Source of the DNA: Malacoraja senta
Taxonomy: Eukaryota
Direction of reading: 5' to 3'
DNA: 64,000 bases
Assembly: GCA_038087875.1 (NCBI GenBank)
Contig: CM075994.1
Location: 11,038,001 to 11,102,000, forward strand
The translations under genes and the position numbers were made by a program. Below are positions 1 through 14,000 of the stretch, in pieces (the first letter of the stretch is position 1; the number at the start of each line of letters is the position of its first letter). The notes under the pieces are model-generated. The model searched no databases, was not told the origin of the DNA, and saw nothing but the letters and a program-made list of their open reading frames with translations.

Positions 1-159
1 CCCCGCTGCGGACCCTCGCCTCTCCCCCCCTCCGCCGCGGACCCTCGCCTCTCCCGCCCCCCTCCGCCGCCGCGGGCCTTCCAATGTTGCGTGGGAGGGA
101 GAAAGGAGAAAGCAAATATGCGTCAAGCCGATAGCCTAATCGTTAAAGAGTTAAAAGAT

Positions 160-1475
160 AGCCTAATCGCTAAAGAGCTGAGAAGAGGAATCAGAGCTGC
201 CAAGAAAAGGTACTCTGAGAAGTTGAGGTGCAAGTTCTCAGCCAGTGACTCTTCTTCAGTTTGGAAGGGCATGCAAGAAATCACCAGCTATAAGAGGAAA
301 GCCCCCCGCTCTTTGGATAATTGTCAGCTGACCAACGACCTGAATGAGTTTTACTGCAGGTTTGAAAATTAGAAACGTAACCCTGGTACCACCTCCCCAA
401 CAAACACAGCCAGATCCCAGTCTGCAAAGAATGGACCCTTCTACACCCACCTCACTCCAATCACTTCACACCCAATTACCCACTACCTCCTTGCTGAACA
501 ACGTCACTTAATCAATAATTGAAATAGAGGAGGTGGAGAGGCTTTTCAGAAGACAGAAAAGCCGGAAATCTCACAGACATTTTTTACCAGTCCCTGCAAA
601 CATGTACTGTCCCTGCCTGCTTCAAAGTCCCCACTATTGTCCCTGCACCCAAAAAGGCAAGGATTGCTTGTCTTAATGACTACAGGCCTGACGCACTGAC
701 CTCTGTAGTCATGAAGACACTCGAAAGGCTTGTGCTGGCCAAGCTGAAAAATATCTCAATCCCCCTGCAGTTTGCATATTGGCCCAATAGATCTGTGGAT
801 GACGCAGTCAATCTGGGCCTGCACTTCATCCTCCAGCACCTAGAACGCCAGGGGACCTATGCGAGGATTTAATTTGTTGATATTAACTCTGCATTGTGCC
901 AGAGCTACTACGCTCCAAACTTTCCGAGTTGACTGTGCCTGAACCCCTCTGTCGGTGGATCACCAACTTCCTGACAGACAGGAAGCAGCATGTGAGGCTG
1001 GGAAAGCACATATCGGACCCGCAAACGCTCAGCATAGGAGCACCGCAAGGCTGCGTATTCTCCCCTCTCCTTTACTCTCTCTACACCAATGACTGCATCT
1101 CCACAGACACCTCTGTCAAGCTTATCAAGTTTGCGGACGACATATAACCCTGATTGGACTGATCCAGGATGGGGAGGAATCTGCCTACAGACAGGAAGTG
1201 TCATAACTGGCGTCCTAGTGCCGTAGCAACAACCTGGAGCTCAATGCTCTTAAGACAGTGGAATTGATTGTAGACTTTAGGAGAGCTCCCCCTCCCCTCG
1301 CCCCACTCCCCCTCAACAACACCACAGTCACATCTGTGGAGTCTTTTAAGTTCCTGGGAACCATCATTTCCAATGACCTTAAGTGGGGGGCTACCTTTGA
1401 CTCCACAGTCAAAAAGGCACAACAGAGGATGTTCTTCCTACGGCAGCTGAGGAAGCACAATCTGCCACAATGTGC
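160..1475 (+). mobile_element. Rex1/Babar-type non-LTR retrotransposon fragment (RT region, degenerate)
   Basis: Fragmented frames give [38 protein letters not shown] and GAPQGCV.SPLLYSLYTNDC..KFADD, with in-frame stops. Confidence 0.85.
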
Positions 1476-1499
1476 CAGGCAGCATCTCTGGAGAACATG

Positions 1500-3600
1500 G
1501 ATAGTCATAGCGTGACACAGTGTGGAAACAGGCCATTTGGCCCAACTTGCCCACACCGGCTAACAATGTCCCAACTACACTAATTCCACTTGCCTGCGTT
1601 TGGTCCATATCCCTCCAAACCTGTCCTATCCGTGTACCTGCCTAACTGTTTCTTAAACCATGGGATAGTCCCAACCTCAACTACCTCCTCTGGCAGCTCG
1701 TTCCACACACCCACCACCCTTTGTGTGAAAAAGTTACCCTTCGGATTCCTATTACATCTCTTCCCCTTTACCTTTAACCTATGTTCTCTGGTCCTCGATT
1801 CCCCTACTCTGGGCAAAAGACTGCATCTACCCGAACTATTCCTCTTATGATTTTGTACACCTCTATAAGATTTCCCCTCATCCTCCTGCGCTCCATGGAA
1901 TAGAGTCCCAACTTACTCAAACTCTCCCTATAGCTCACACCCTCTAGTCCTGGCAACATCCTCATAAATCGTCTCTGTACTCCTTCCAGTTTGACATCTT
2001 TCCTATAACATGGTGGCCAGAACTGAACAAAATATTCTAAATGCGGTCTCACGAACGTCTTATACAACTGCAACATGACCTCCCAACCTCTTTACTCAAT
2101 GCTCTGACTGATGAAGGCCAAAGTTCCAAAATACTTTTTGACCACCTGATGTACCTGCGACTCGACCTTCAAGGAACCATGCAACCATCAACCATTCCTC
2201 TGCCCAGTTGGCTAATTGATCCAGATCCTGCTGCAATCTTTCACAACCACATCCACTATCTGCAAAACCACTCACTTCTGTATCATCAGCAAACTTGTTA
2301 ATCTTGCCCTGTTCTGTGATGTTTCGCAGAGTGCTGGAGTAACTCAGCGGGTCAGGCTGAGTATAGAAGTTGGAGGTCATGTTGCATTTGGATAAGAAGT
2401 TGGTGAGGCCGCATTCAGAGTATTGTGTTCAGTTCTGGGCACCATGTTATAGGAATTATGTCATCAAACTGGAAAGGGTACAGTGAAGATTTACGAGGAT
2501 GTTGCAAGGACTAGAGGGCCAGAGCTATAGGGAGAGGATGAGTAGGTTGGGACTCTATTTCATGGAGCACAGGAGAATGAGGGATGATCTAATAGAGGTG
2601 TATAAAATCATGATTTGAATAGATCAGGTTGACTCCATACATCTATTTAACGGAGCACAGGAGGATGAGGGATGATCTAATAGAGGTGTTTAAAATCATT
2701 ATTTAAATAGATCAGGTCCGGGCCATACTCTCATCTCCCCACTGCCTTCAGGTAGAAGGTACAGGAGCCTGAAGACTGCAACGACCAGGTTCAGGAACAG
2801 CTACTTCCCCACAGCCATCAGGCTATTAAACTCGGCTCGGACAAAACTCTGAACATTAATAGCCAATAATCTGTTTATTTGCACTTTATCAGTTTAATTA
2901 TTCATGTGTGTATATATTTATGCAATTGTATATGGACACACTGATCTGTTCAGTATTCGTGCCTACTATGTTCTGGTGTGCTAAAGCAAAGCAAGCATTT
3001 CATTGTCCTATCAGGGACACATGACAATAAAACTCTCTTGAACTCTCTTGAGTCTTTTGCCCAGAGTAGGTGAATCGAGGAGCAGAGGATATAAGTTCAA
3101 GATGAAGGGGAAAAGATTTAATAGGAATCTGAGGGGTATATTTTTCACACAAAGGGTGGTAGGTGTATGCAACAAGCTGCCAGATGAGGTAATTGAGGCA
3201 GGGACTACCGCAACATTTAAGAAACAGTTAGGCAGGTGCATGGATAGGACAGGTTTGGAGGGATATGGATCAAACGTGGGCAGGTGGGACTAGTGTAGAT
3301 GGGACATGCTGGACCGAAGTGCCTGTTTCCACACTGTATCACTCTATGACTATATATCTTTCCCTCTCAAACCCATTCTCCTGCCCTCCCCATTACCTCT
3401 GACACCCGTATCAATCACGAATCTATCAAACTCCTTCTGAAAAATGTCCACTTGCCTCCACAGCTGTCTGTGGCAATGAATTCCACAGTTCACCACCCTC
3501 TGCCCATATCCTTCCTAAAGGAACGTCTTTTAATTCTGAGGCTGTGGCCACTGGTCCTAGACTCTCCCACTCGTGGAAACATCCTCTCCACATCCACTCC
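1500..3600. mobile_element. Cluster of CR1/HER1-like LINE 3' fragments in both orientations
   Basis: Translations LYKTFVRPHLEY, RRRMRGNLIEVYKII and FFTQRVVGVWNELPEEVVE match the CR1 ORF2 C-terminus. Minus strand ~1500..2310, plus strand ~2355..3350. Confidence 0.85.
2719..3050 (+). mobile_element. Rex1-type LINE 3' end nested in a CR1 fragment
   Basis: Encodes GHTLISPLPSGRRYRSLKTATTRFRNSYFPTAIRLLN*, then a UTR ending in a small hairpin, AATAAA and a (CTCTCTTGAA) tail. Paralogue at ~46886..47220. Confidence 0.8.
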
Positions 3601-3789
3601 ATCCAGGCTTTTACCAGGCTGGGACAGACTGCAACAGCTTCACACCATGTCCCAAAGCTCGTGTCCTGTCCTGCATCACCCAAGGCAGCAGAGACGTTGT
3701 AGGAAAGGGCAAGCACCGTCAGAAAGTAGTTCACGATGGTTTGGGTAACATGCAGGAATGTCTATGCATGTCACATCATGCATATTACT

Positions 3790-4006
3790 GAAGAAGGGGC
3801 TTGACTCGAAATATAATCTAAACCTTTTCCCAGAGATTCTGCCTGACCCACTGAGTTATTCCAGCACTCTGACATGTCACCTATTCATGTTCTCCAGATA
3901 TGCTGCCTGAACCGCTGAGTTACTCCAGCACTCCATGAAACATTACCTATCCATGTTCTCCACAGATGCAGCCTGACCCACTGAGTTACTCCAGCACTTT
4001 GTGTCT
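3790..4006 (+). repeat. Tandem short Penelope-associated repeat units (CCAGAGATGCTGCCTGACCCGCTGAGTTACTCCAGCA)
   Basis: Three ~60-bp units here and two in copy B (47950..48105). The same motif is dispersed at ~2325, 10190, 24170 and 59665. Penelope assignment is from family recall. Confidence 0.6.
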
Positions 4007-4154
4007 ATTTTCCCTTTACCCATCTGCCCAAGTCCACCCTCCCCCTCCTTTCCTATGTTCCTTTCCACCCATAAACCTCTCTCTGCCTTTACATTTCACT
4101 CCTCTTTCAAATCTGCTCTATTTATCTACATGCATTTTGTTCCTTAACTTTTTA

Positions 4155-4402
4155 GTCATAGAGTGGTGCAGTGTGGAAACAGGCCCTTCAGCCTAACTTG
4201 CCCACACCGACCAACATGTCCCATCTACACTAGACCCACTCACACGCTTTTGGCCTATATCCATCTAAACCTGTCCTATCCATGTACGTGTCCAAATGTC
4301 TCTTAAACATTAGGATAGTCCCAGCCTTAACTACCTCCTCTGGCAGCTCGTTCCATACACCCACCACCCTTTGTGAGTAAAGGCTACCTCTCAGATTCCT
4401 GT
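4155..4402 (-). mobile_element. CR1/HER1-like LINE 3' end
   Basis: RNLRGSLYSQRVVGVWNELPEEVVKAGT, plus the 3' tail GGCTGAAGGGCCTGTTTCCACACTG on the minus strand. Confidence 0.8.
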
Positions 4403-4643
4403 AAATTTCTGAAATATTGGTCATAGATTTGCTGCATAAATGCTCCAAAATAAGGCTCAGGATGCATCAGAGAGCATCTAACACCCCTGAGCTTCCTGGG
4501 CCCTTAAGCGGGCCTTGGACCCTGGCTTCGAGGGACTTCACGCTTCGCGCTCGTGATGTGCGCAGCGCACACATTATTTCACATTAATTTTTTTGTAATC
4601 CTGTCATGCCACCCCCCATTTTGTAAAGCTTCGTACGGGCCTG
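4403..4643. mobile_element. Possible non-autonomous DNA transposon remnant (one terminus only)
   Basis: GC-rich, hairpin-prone segment ending ...CTTCGTACGGGCCTG (CAGG start on the minus strand). No partner TIR seen. Confidence 0.3.
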
Positions 4644-6347
4644 TTTACACAACCTATTCTTTGCTTCATACTAGTTTAGGAGTCGCAGGTTGTTAAACTA
4701 TACAATTGCCACCTTCATTCAGATAGTACGGTGATGATCAAGTAACAAATGTGCTGATCTGGATTGGAAACAGTAAATGCTGGAGAACCATTATCTGTGG
4801 GACGAGCAACAGTCAACGTTCCGGTGGAGAAATATATAAGGTTTTAGCTTCCACGTTTTTCTTTTATTCCATCACAGTAATTTGCACTTTCCTTTCCGGC
4901 AACTGTGCAAACATTTAATGATGTTGTAGCAGGGTAACAAAAGATTATTTACCTATTATGGATCATATCAAGGTATGAAGTGCACTTAGAACTCATTGAA
5001 TGAATAAGGATTATAGTGGTCAAAAGAGGAGATTGATTAGCCAGAACGCGGTGCATATTTGAAAGTCTTTGCCACAAATGGCTGTAGAGGTCAGAACATA
5101 TGGTACTTTATAAACCGATAACTGATTATAAATGCCCTTGATCAGTAAGGACGTCCAAAGCTACCGAGAGAATGAAGGAGAATGCGGTTGAGAAGGAAAG
5201 AAAATTCGCCATGATCGACTGGCAGAGTCGACGGGTCGAATAACTTAATTGTGCTCCAATGTCTGAAAGTCTTATGGTCCAAGGAGCGTTAAATCTGAAT
5301 CAATGTCTCATCAGGTATAGTCAGCACGTAATTGTGCGTGGGAACACTTCACAAATATTGCGGCATTTAATAATATGGATGAAGGCAGTGAACAATGCCT
5401 AAATGAATTTTATTGAGGCAAGTGTCAAGATCTCACTATGTAGAGCAGGCCAGTAGTCTAATTCACAGGGAGATCAATGCAATGTTGTCATTTTTGTGAT
5501 AAGGCCCCGGGGTGGTGGTGGAAGATTTATTATCTCATTAGAAAATATGCGGCCACCGGTGGACTTTAGATCGGTGATGGATCTTTGCTTTTTTTTCATA
5601 TAATTGCTAATTCGGTGCGTATGTTGCATATATGATTAGCGAATTTGAGGATGACAGGAAAACATGGGTGTTGTGGACCGCGAGGTAAATTACATGAGCC
5701 TGCAGCTGAATATCGAACAGATAGAAACCTTGACGGAACATTGCACGTGAATTTTATACCGAGATATGAGAAGTGAGGAATTTTGCGAAAGCAAATACTT
5801 GTGGGTAAAGAAGGCAAATGCATTGCGGCAAGGGATGCCGAGAAATTGGAAAACCGGGACGAACTGATACAGTTATATGAAATTATAAGAGGCACGTGCA
5901 GAATTGAAAGGCAAAAAGAAGAGGAACTGTGTTTAAGGTTGGATGATATCGTTGTTAAAAGTTTACATCAGCTCAGTGGGAAGGAACATCATTTAAATTT
6001 TCAGTTACCCTTGGCGTCCGTCAGGCCACAAAACGTTATTTTTAAATTCCGTCTGTCTTTAATTCCGCCCGGTTTATAATAAACCATATTATACTGACTT
6101 GAACGATTTCCTGTTTCTGATGATAGACAATGGACTTCAAACTAAGTTGTCGTCATAAATGGGATGAGTAAATGGAAACAAATATACTATTTCAATGACC
6201 GTACATTATATTTCAAAAATATCACTTTGGTTTAGTATTGGTTCATGGTAACTAAATAGGGAAACAAAATCCCAAGAAATTGTGGAAAGGTATACCACGA
6301 CAAATCCTATTACATGTTACAGATATATATGTGTGCCTCGCAAATTA

Positions 6348-7294
6348 TCACTTGATTACATATTTGGATAAATTTAGTTTTGTGTTCAAAAGTTTGAATA
6401 TATTAGCAATGGCAAGAAAGGGACGTGAAATTACATTCTTCAGTTCCTCTCTGAAGTGTCTCTGAGAAACTGCATAAATGAAAGTGTTTGTGCAAGTACT
6501 CAAATACCTCAGCATAAAGCCACTTTTTTCCGCAATGCTGAACGAGTCGATGTAATCTGTTTCCAAAAATTGAGAATCTGTCAACTGTACACAGATGAAG
6601 CACACAAGGTTTACCATCCATAAGAAAATAAAGTTGCCTGATATTGCAACGAGTAAAATGATCGATTTCCTTCTGTTCTCAGTCTCTTGATCAGTCTGAC
6701 ACGCCTCTCTATTACTCCCTCGGAGCTTGCTCCTGACTCTGTTGGCCATGATAATATGCTTTATGGTCAAGGTATTAAGCAGAAGAATCAACACAAATGG
6801 CGCAAATGGGGTTAAGAGTGTTTCAACCCATAAAAGCGCGACCCAGGTGGGTGATGTGTAGAAACTTGAGTTTACATAACAGGACCATGGTACATCATTA
6901 ATTACTTCACGAGGTTCAAACATAAAGTAGACTGGAATATTTTGTAAAATACTTAACATAAACACCACTGTTATTACCTTCAATGCAGTCTTCATGGTAC
7001 AATATTTTGAACGCAACGACTGGCAACATATAACAACAAATCGATCGAATGTAAAAGTGACAGTCAGCCAGACGGAACAATCGAGCGAAATATAAATCAG
7101 TACAAAAATAAAACTGCAAATGGGGGTGTAATTGAGGAATGAATGCGGAAAATATGCCTCTTTAACCTCATAGAGAATTATACTGAAAACCAGTACCATT
7201 AGATCAGCTACCGCCATTGATTTCAGATACTGGATGACACATCTAGTGAGCCCGCACTTTCCAGACGACAGGATAAGGATTGCCACCAAATTTG
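6348..7294 (-). CDS. GPR139/GPR142-like class A GPCR, copy A, exon 2 (TM1 end to C-terminus)
   Basis: Open frame with ANLVAILIL, MAVADL, FTFDRFVVIC (DRY-like) and TNTFIY (NPxxY-like), with hydrophobic helices. Polypyrimidine acceptor TTTTCTTCTTTTGGTTGCAG lies immediately 5' of 7294. Confidence 0.93.
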
Positions 7295-7859
7295 CTGCAA
7301 CCAAAAGAAGAAAATTGAATTACGAACGAGAAATAACCCGCGAAATATATATTAATTTGCTTCAATTTGTCATGCGTGTACGAGTTTTTCTTGCCTTTAA
7401 GACTTTGGAATAACAAACTATATTGCACAGGTTTACGGTTGGACCCCTTTCAATTCAGCAGGTCTGATGCTCCACTAAAATAAAAATATTTGGTCATCGA
7501 GCGAGACATTCCTATGGTAAAAAATACTTCAAATTGAAAAGCCCTCGTGTTTACTGCTCCTTGCAAAATATAAAGTTTCTTAATAAATATAGTCGAAATA
7601 CCCCAGGTTCACATTGCGTTGTTGTCAAATAAACCTGGAGGCAATGACATCATGTTGCTCATAGAGATAATGGCGTACGGTAATGGTAAAAGCAATAGAA
7701 AATGTAACACCGACTGCAAATTCAGTTTGAGGAATTGCAAAAAAAAATCACTAAGTAACAATAACGAGATAAAAGAATGACGGTGTGTTAAGAGTAACGG
7801 TATCTGACGCTGCCTCGCTGAAAGTGGTGTGAAATTCATGATTGGTTAAGGAGATTGAT

Positions 7860-8555
7860 AGCAGTGGAGCAGAATCTTCCTTTAAATATGGACGTTCCAG
7901 AAGGTTAACAGAATGGTCTGGGCGGCAGCCATCTTGCATTCGCGTTGGACTGGGTAGAAGAAAACGGCTATTCTGTGATAGATAATTCAGTGTTTCTCCG
8001 CCCTCTGCATCATCAGGCGGTTACGGACTGTGAAGTGGCCGTTCCTGCCTGATAACCACTCCGTCGAAATTCTTTGTACAGCGAAATTCTTTGTACAGCG
8101 CATCTGGTTTGCAAAAAATCCTCGAGGACATGTCGAAGATTCTGAGACTTCTAATAAAGTGAACACACTGATGCGCTTTGTTGTTATCGCATCTCCGTGA
8201 AGGGACGAGCTATGGTTCTGTTGATATTGATGCCACATAACACGAAATGTTGATCACATTTAGAGATGAGATGGGGCCGTGTTTGTCCTCTCCGCTTCCT
8301 TTGGTTCACACGCAACTGTGTCGTCCAGATATTAACGTCTAGATAGTGTCCTGACTCATTGACAATATGTACCGGATTTCCTTCCTTTACTTCGTCTCAT
8401 CATTCTTGTCGAAGTGCCCGTCAGCAGTGGCATCATCGGCATACATAAAGACGAGTTACTGTTGTACGTGGTCAAACACACATGGGTGTATTTGGAGTAG
8501 AGCATGGACTAAGCACACAGCTCCGAGCAGTAGCAGTGTTGTCGGCTAGCCTTGT
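7860..8555 (-). mobile_element. Old, highly degenerate Rex-type LINE RT remnant in the GPCR intron
   Basis: The copy-B counterpart translates LYSKYTHVC..VFMYADDATVDG..NDETK, an RT YADD region. Confidence 0.6.
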
Positions 8556-11030
8556 TTCAGATTTTCAGATTTTATTTTCACGTGTTTGGAACTCATGTTA
8601 CCTTTTAATTGTCACGTGTTTGGCATTCATGTTATCTCATGGAAACCGTTGCACTCGCGCCTCCCCACTGATAATCACACAGATGTAATTTTCGTAGCTT
8701 ATCTGCAAATGTGACGTTTAGATCTCACAGCAGCATGTAAATTGTTGCCCCCCTATGCAGATACACTTCTCACATTTCTAAGTTTGTTCTTCTACTGTAA
8801 TAAATTAGCATAGGACAATATTTAACATTTTATGGCAGTCTGTTGTCCATTTCTCTCCCCTTGGAGTCCAAGTACACACATTATTTTCCGATAGGGCGGA
8901 CCAAGCAGGCTGACGTCTGATATCCGCTACAGAAGCTGTGCGGCGGATACGATTCACACCTTAATTCGCACACATATCATGGACCGAGGTAAGGATTTTC
9001 GAAAAGCCAGACAACCTTTGATACTCAACAATTATCGCCAGCTTTATTTGTGAAATATCTCCACATGGCTCAAGGCAAGCTAGAAATTATTGGAATAGAT
9101 TATAGAATATATTGGAACACAGCAAATAATGAAAAACTTCAGCAATAAAACCACCGATTAAATTTAAACATCTGAAGCACCTGCCAAAGAATTCAAACTT
9201 ACTGAGAAATGGAAGGGCAATCGCTTGCTTTAATTACTACCGCCACGTCGACCAGGACCATATTCAAATAATTTTGTCACGCTACCTTTTGTTATCTGCC
9301 GTCACAGCATTAAATTGGTTGCGGACACAAATTGTGCTCATACTCACTATACGTAGTTCCAATTCTAAACACACGTGTGCTTCCGATACAGAGGTGAACG
9401 ACAGAAAGGCCGGCATCAGTCCGCCAGCTCCCCTCGGTGGTGTCTTGACGTTTTGAAATTCAGTCAATCACAGATGGTAGACAGTTTCTCCAGAGCCAAC
9501 AAAAAACAGACAACACAACTCAACGGCAGAGGCACAACCTGTCGATAAGTTCACAGCTCCAACCGTCATGATCGGCTTTCAACACATGTACATCCCGACC
9601 CGCTCTACTGACTGACAGGTTAGCATTCTCCTGCTAAAAAATTGCAGTTTGCAAACCACTAAATGCGTGGGATCGTTGTCTATCCTGCAAGACGGATTCA
9701 TTGGGAAACATAAATGTAAGACCCATCCGCTAGAGGTCTGCGTGCGCATCCCCGGAATAACCCTATTGGCCGTGTGACAATACGTGTTGAAGGGCTCTAG
9801 GAAGAGGTTTAATTCCGGTTTGATAATCTCGAACACTTGCAAATATGTAACCATTTAAAGAAGCAACACGATGCAATTTCTCGAGCTGTGACTGCTGTAG
9901 GTCTGATGGGTTAAATGCGAACATACGACATCTCAGCTCAATAATGTCGAGGTACCGCATCTAATACACTTTTGGTGATAAGCAACATCATGAGTAAAGA
10001 GAGAGCGTGCTCTTGGAAGTGATTAGGCGTAGTCTCGACCCAAACTACTAAACCTGGAGCATGCCATAATCTCCGCTACACAACTCATCGCAGTTTGCAG
10101 ATGGATCCTCAACACTTTAATCACCTCTCGGCGATAAGAACAAAAATGTTAGCGATTAAATCTGGCAAAACAGTCTAAAAGCAACAGATGACCCAAACGT
10201 CACCCATTCCTTCTCTCCAGAGATGCTGCCTGTCCCGCTGAGTTACTCCAGCATTTTGTGTCTAAAAGCAACAAGTGTTTTACCTTTCTTCTGAATGTCT
10301 GCTGAATGTAAAAATTAAATCTTCCTGAAATGCATCGGCGAATTATATTTTTCCTGCTGTCAAATCTAGGTCAAATCAGGACCATTAGACAGTTTCACTT
10401 TGTGCAACTTGTATTTAAATGTTACAATGCTTTAAAAGAAACCACGTTGCTCAGCCTTAGTAAACCGTGAGCTAATTTAGCTGAGCATTCACAATGGAAA
10501 TAAAAAGACGTGTGTTTTATGGAAACTCACCGACAGCATCCCTCGACTTGCATGTTTTATTTCGCGGTAAGTTATCAGACGTATGAGGCACCTGCGATCA
10601 TAGCATGCACACGGACTCGCACACAGGACTGACATTCTTTAGCGGGAGTTACAGAATACAGAGAACAGCGTCCATCAAACCGTTGTTTTTTTTATTTTGG
10701 CAGTGAAGTCTAAAGTTAAAATCTGGTATGATCGATAATGCTCAGCAGCAAGCTGCCGTACGTTTACTTGTTCTTCGTATAATGAAGCTATGCAAAATCA
10801 ACTGCATGGAATGAAAATAGAAAGAGCTTGAACCATCGCGTTCATATGCAGACCCCTCTTTGGAAGCGTTGAATCGGCCATTGTTCAGGTGTACTGTGTA
10901 TGAGGTGGAGAAGGAGGGCTTGTTGTGTCCAGTGGGCTTGACTAATATAAAATATATAGAATATTATATTACTTATAAAACGTTTATATATAATTTTACC
11001 GTCAGAGAAATTCAATCATTTTTCCACATG

Positions 11031-14000
11031 AATAGTAAGATTAAACGAGAACTTACCTAAGTTTGAAGTTTGATCTTTATTTTATGAGGAGTTACGTAGG
11101 TGATTACGTGAAGAAGCCCGTCAGTGCGCCTGCGCGTCAATCTTCAAAGCAGCGGTGTGAAATCACAAAAACAAGAACCGAAGTAATATAGTCTCATACT
11201 AAAACGAGTAATACAAGAACTTCCATCTGACCTTTATGATAGAGGGTAGGGTCGTGGCGGGCACGTAATCACCTACGTAACTCCTCATAAAATAAAGATC
11301 AAACTTCAAACTTAGGTAAGTTCTCGTTTAATCTTACTATTTTACTTCGGAGTCACGTGAGTGACTACGTGAAGATTTTAAAGCTTTGTGATTTCATGCC
11401 GTGGATCAATCCCGGCTTCTCACTGCATAGATTGACTCGGAACGAGAATAATCAATCATGCATTCATAATAACATTTGTACCACAAATGCAGTAATTCAT
11501 TTCAAGAATGAAATGAATCAGATCCCCTTTAAACCAGAGGAATTTACACAGAACTTAAAATAGTTTCTGCAAACAACCCCGCATTAACAATAGGCCGATG
11601 GTAAAAATGTTGAAACATCAACTCATTGGACCACCCGGCGGCTGCGAGGATATGGTCGACGGGGCCGTCTTTTGCCCTGGCCGCCGACATTTCTGCTGCC
11701 CTAGCCGAGTGAGACGTAAAAACATAAGTGTTAATACCAGCAGTTGTTAAGACTTCTTTTATCCATCTGGAAATAGTCTGTATTGAAACTCTCTTGTGTG
11801 GTTTCTTGTGTGTGATCAAAAACCCAGTTTCCGTATTCTCAAATTCTTTGTGACCTCAATGTATTATAATAAATATGTCTTAATACAAAGACCTGGATCA
11901 TTTGGATATGCTGCCAGCATAATTTTAAATCCTGTCACACCTGGCCTAATTTCCTTTATTAGGTCATAGATATAGAATGTAACCTCGTCTTCAGTTACTT
12001 CCATACTATCTATTTGTAATTTTCCAAGTGTTTGCACTCGTTGTGCTGTCACTCATGCCATAAACATGAATACTTTCATACTGAGCTTGACCAAAGGTAA
12101 AGACACACTTGATAACCATCACGAAGTAGTTTCAGTACCACACTTACATCCCAGATTGTCACGTACCTAGGTTTCGGTGGTTTGGAATTAAAGATTCCTT
12201 TCATTATTCTGAAAACAATTGGGTGTGACCCAATTGAGTTTCTTTCTGAATCCAGAACCAAATATGAGGACAATGCACTTCTGGCTGAATTAATTACACT
12301 ACAACTCAGACCTTCATCATAATAAAGTTTTGACAGAAATTCTAAACATTTGAAATATCTGCAGTACTTTATTGCACATTCTTTTGTACCCAGAACTTTT
12401 CCCATTTCTTAATATAAGAAAGGTACTGTTTTTGAGTGCTCTTCCTCCAGGCTGCCGTAAGCATGTCCACAGTATGCTCAGACAGTCCTCGTCCCAGAAA
12501 AGGCATTCTTAAAACCTGCAAATCAACAAATCCAAACGATCATATAATGGATGTTGTTCCCCTGTACAGGGAGCAGCAATAAATTACTCTTTTTTGGGAC
12601 TTTCATCAACATTTGTGTTGTTAATTCTAATATCAACGGATACCATGGCTGTGTAGGCCAATCTGGTAGTACCAATACCCTTGAAGCAGCATCTTGCCTG
12701 ATTTTAAGCAAACATTGGCTTATGAGGCAGAAAGGTGGAAATATATATGAAAACATACCACCCCAATGTAGCGAGAAAGCATCAATCGCCACTGCTCCTG
12801 GATCTGGTTTCCATGAGACATATCTCGATAGCTGATGATTCAAGTCGATGTCGGTCATTCCAAATCTGATGACTATATCCTTGAATACCTCTTGATTCAA
12901 CATCCATTCTTTATTATCATGGAACTTTTCGTGACTTGGTGTCTGCTATCGTTCATTCTACCTGGTAGATAGATAGCTGAAATCCAAATGTTCTTTTCAA
13001 TACACCAAGCCCAAAATTGATTAACCATTTTGTCACAAGACACCGACTTAATTCCATATCATTAATATAAACAACTACTGTTGTGTTATCAATTTGAACT
13101 TGAACATGCTTATTAGTTGTGTTAGAACAATAAGCTTGGAGCCCATAGAAACATCCTAGCAGCTCCAAATAGTTAATTCCCCATGTCTGCAGTAACAATG
13201 ACTCTTCCTGATTCCATCTGCCTCCTCAGCTAGACGTTAAGTCAGTTGCACCCCATCCTGGTGCACTGGCATCAGTTTGTAATATCATGGAAGGTTGTTC
13301 AATCAGCACTTTGCTGGAACTGCTTGAGACATGTAGAATCCACCACTGCAGACCAGAAACAGCATTTGTTGTTAGTTGCATGGTTCTATCAAAATGACCA
13401 ACATGCATTCTCGGTGCCTGTTCTTTAAGTCTCTGCAGCTGTTGATAATGTAATGGTCCAAATTGGACTGCTGGGAATGCTGCTACTAATTTTCCCAGTA
13501 CACGAGCCACCTGTCTAATTGAAGGTTTTTGCTCGTTTAGGAGATTACTGCAATCTATAATCAAATCCACCCTTTTCCCTGGGCAAAGTGATATTCATTT
13601 GGACTGAATCAATTGTGAACCCCAAATAATTAATAGAGGTACATGGTGTTAACCTAGATTTCTGTGGATGAATTAGAAACCCCAACTTTTCAAAAGTTGA
13701 TTTCACAACTGCAACAGATACTTCTGTTGACTGTTTTGTCTTTCCTATAATCAAGACATCATCCAAATATGCCATTAGTACATGCCCCTGGCTACTCAGC
13801 AAGCCCAGAATTGGTTTTAACAATTTTTGTGAATATTCTGAGTGCAGATATTAACCCATTAGGCAGAGCTTTGAACTGCCACAACTGGTTCATCCATTAA
13901 ATTTAAGATACTTCCTATCTTGTGAATGAACAGACACTGAATAATATGCATCTTTCAAGTCTATAGTTGCCATATAACATGCTTCTGAAATAAGCTGTTT

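Noticed and set aside
3790..4006. CRISPR-like repeat-spacer pattern
   Set aside because: The spacers are similar to each other, the motif is a dispersed vertebrate repeat, and there are no cas genes.
7295..7304. ORF-track start MVA for the GPCR
   Set aside because: It is a TTG within the splice acceptor. The real ATG exon is at 16066..15997.
9274..9960. Short ORFs conserved between copies A and B as small genes
   Set aside because: Conservation is expected from the recent duplication. They are intronic and have no motifs.
11544..12903. Phage-like integrase plus adenine methyltransferase suggesting prophage or contamination
   Set aside because: Both are normal DIRS1 domains and lie between the DIRS termini together with RT and RNase H.
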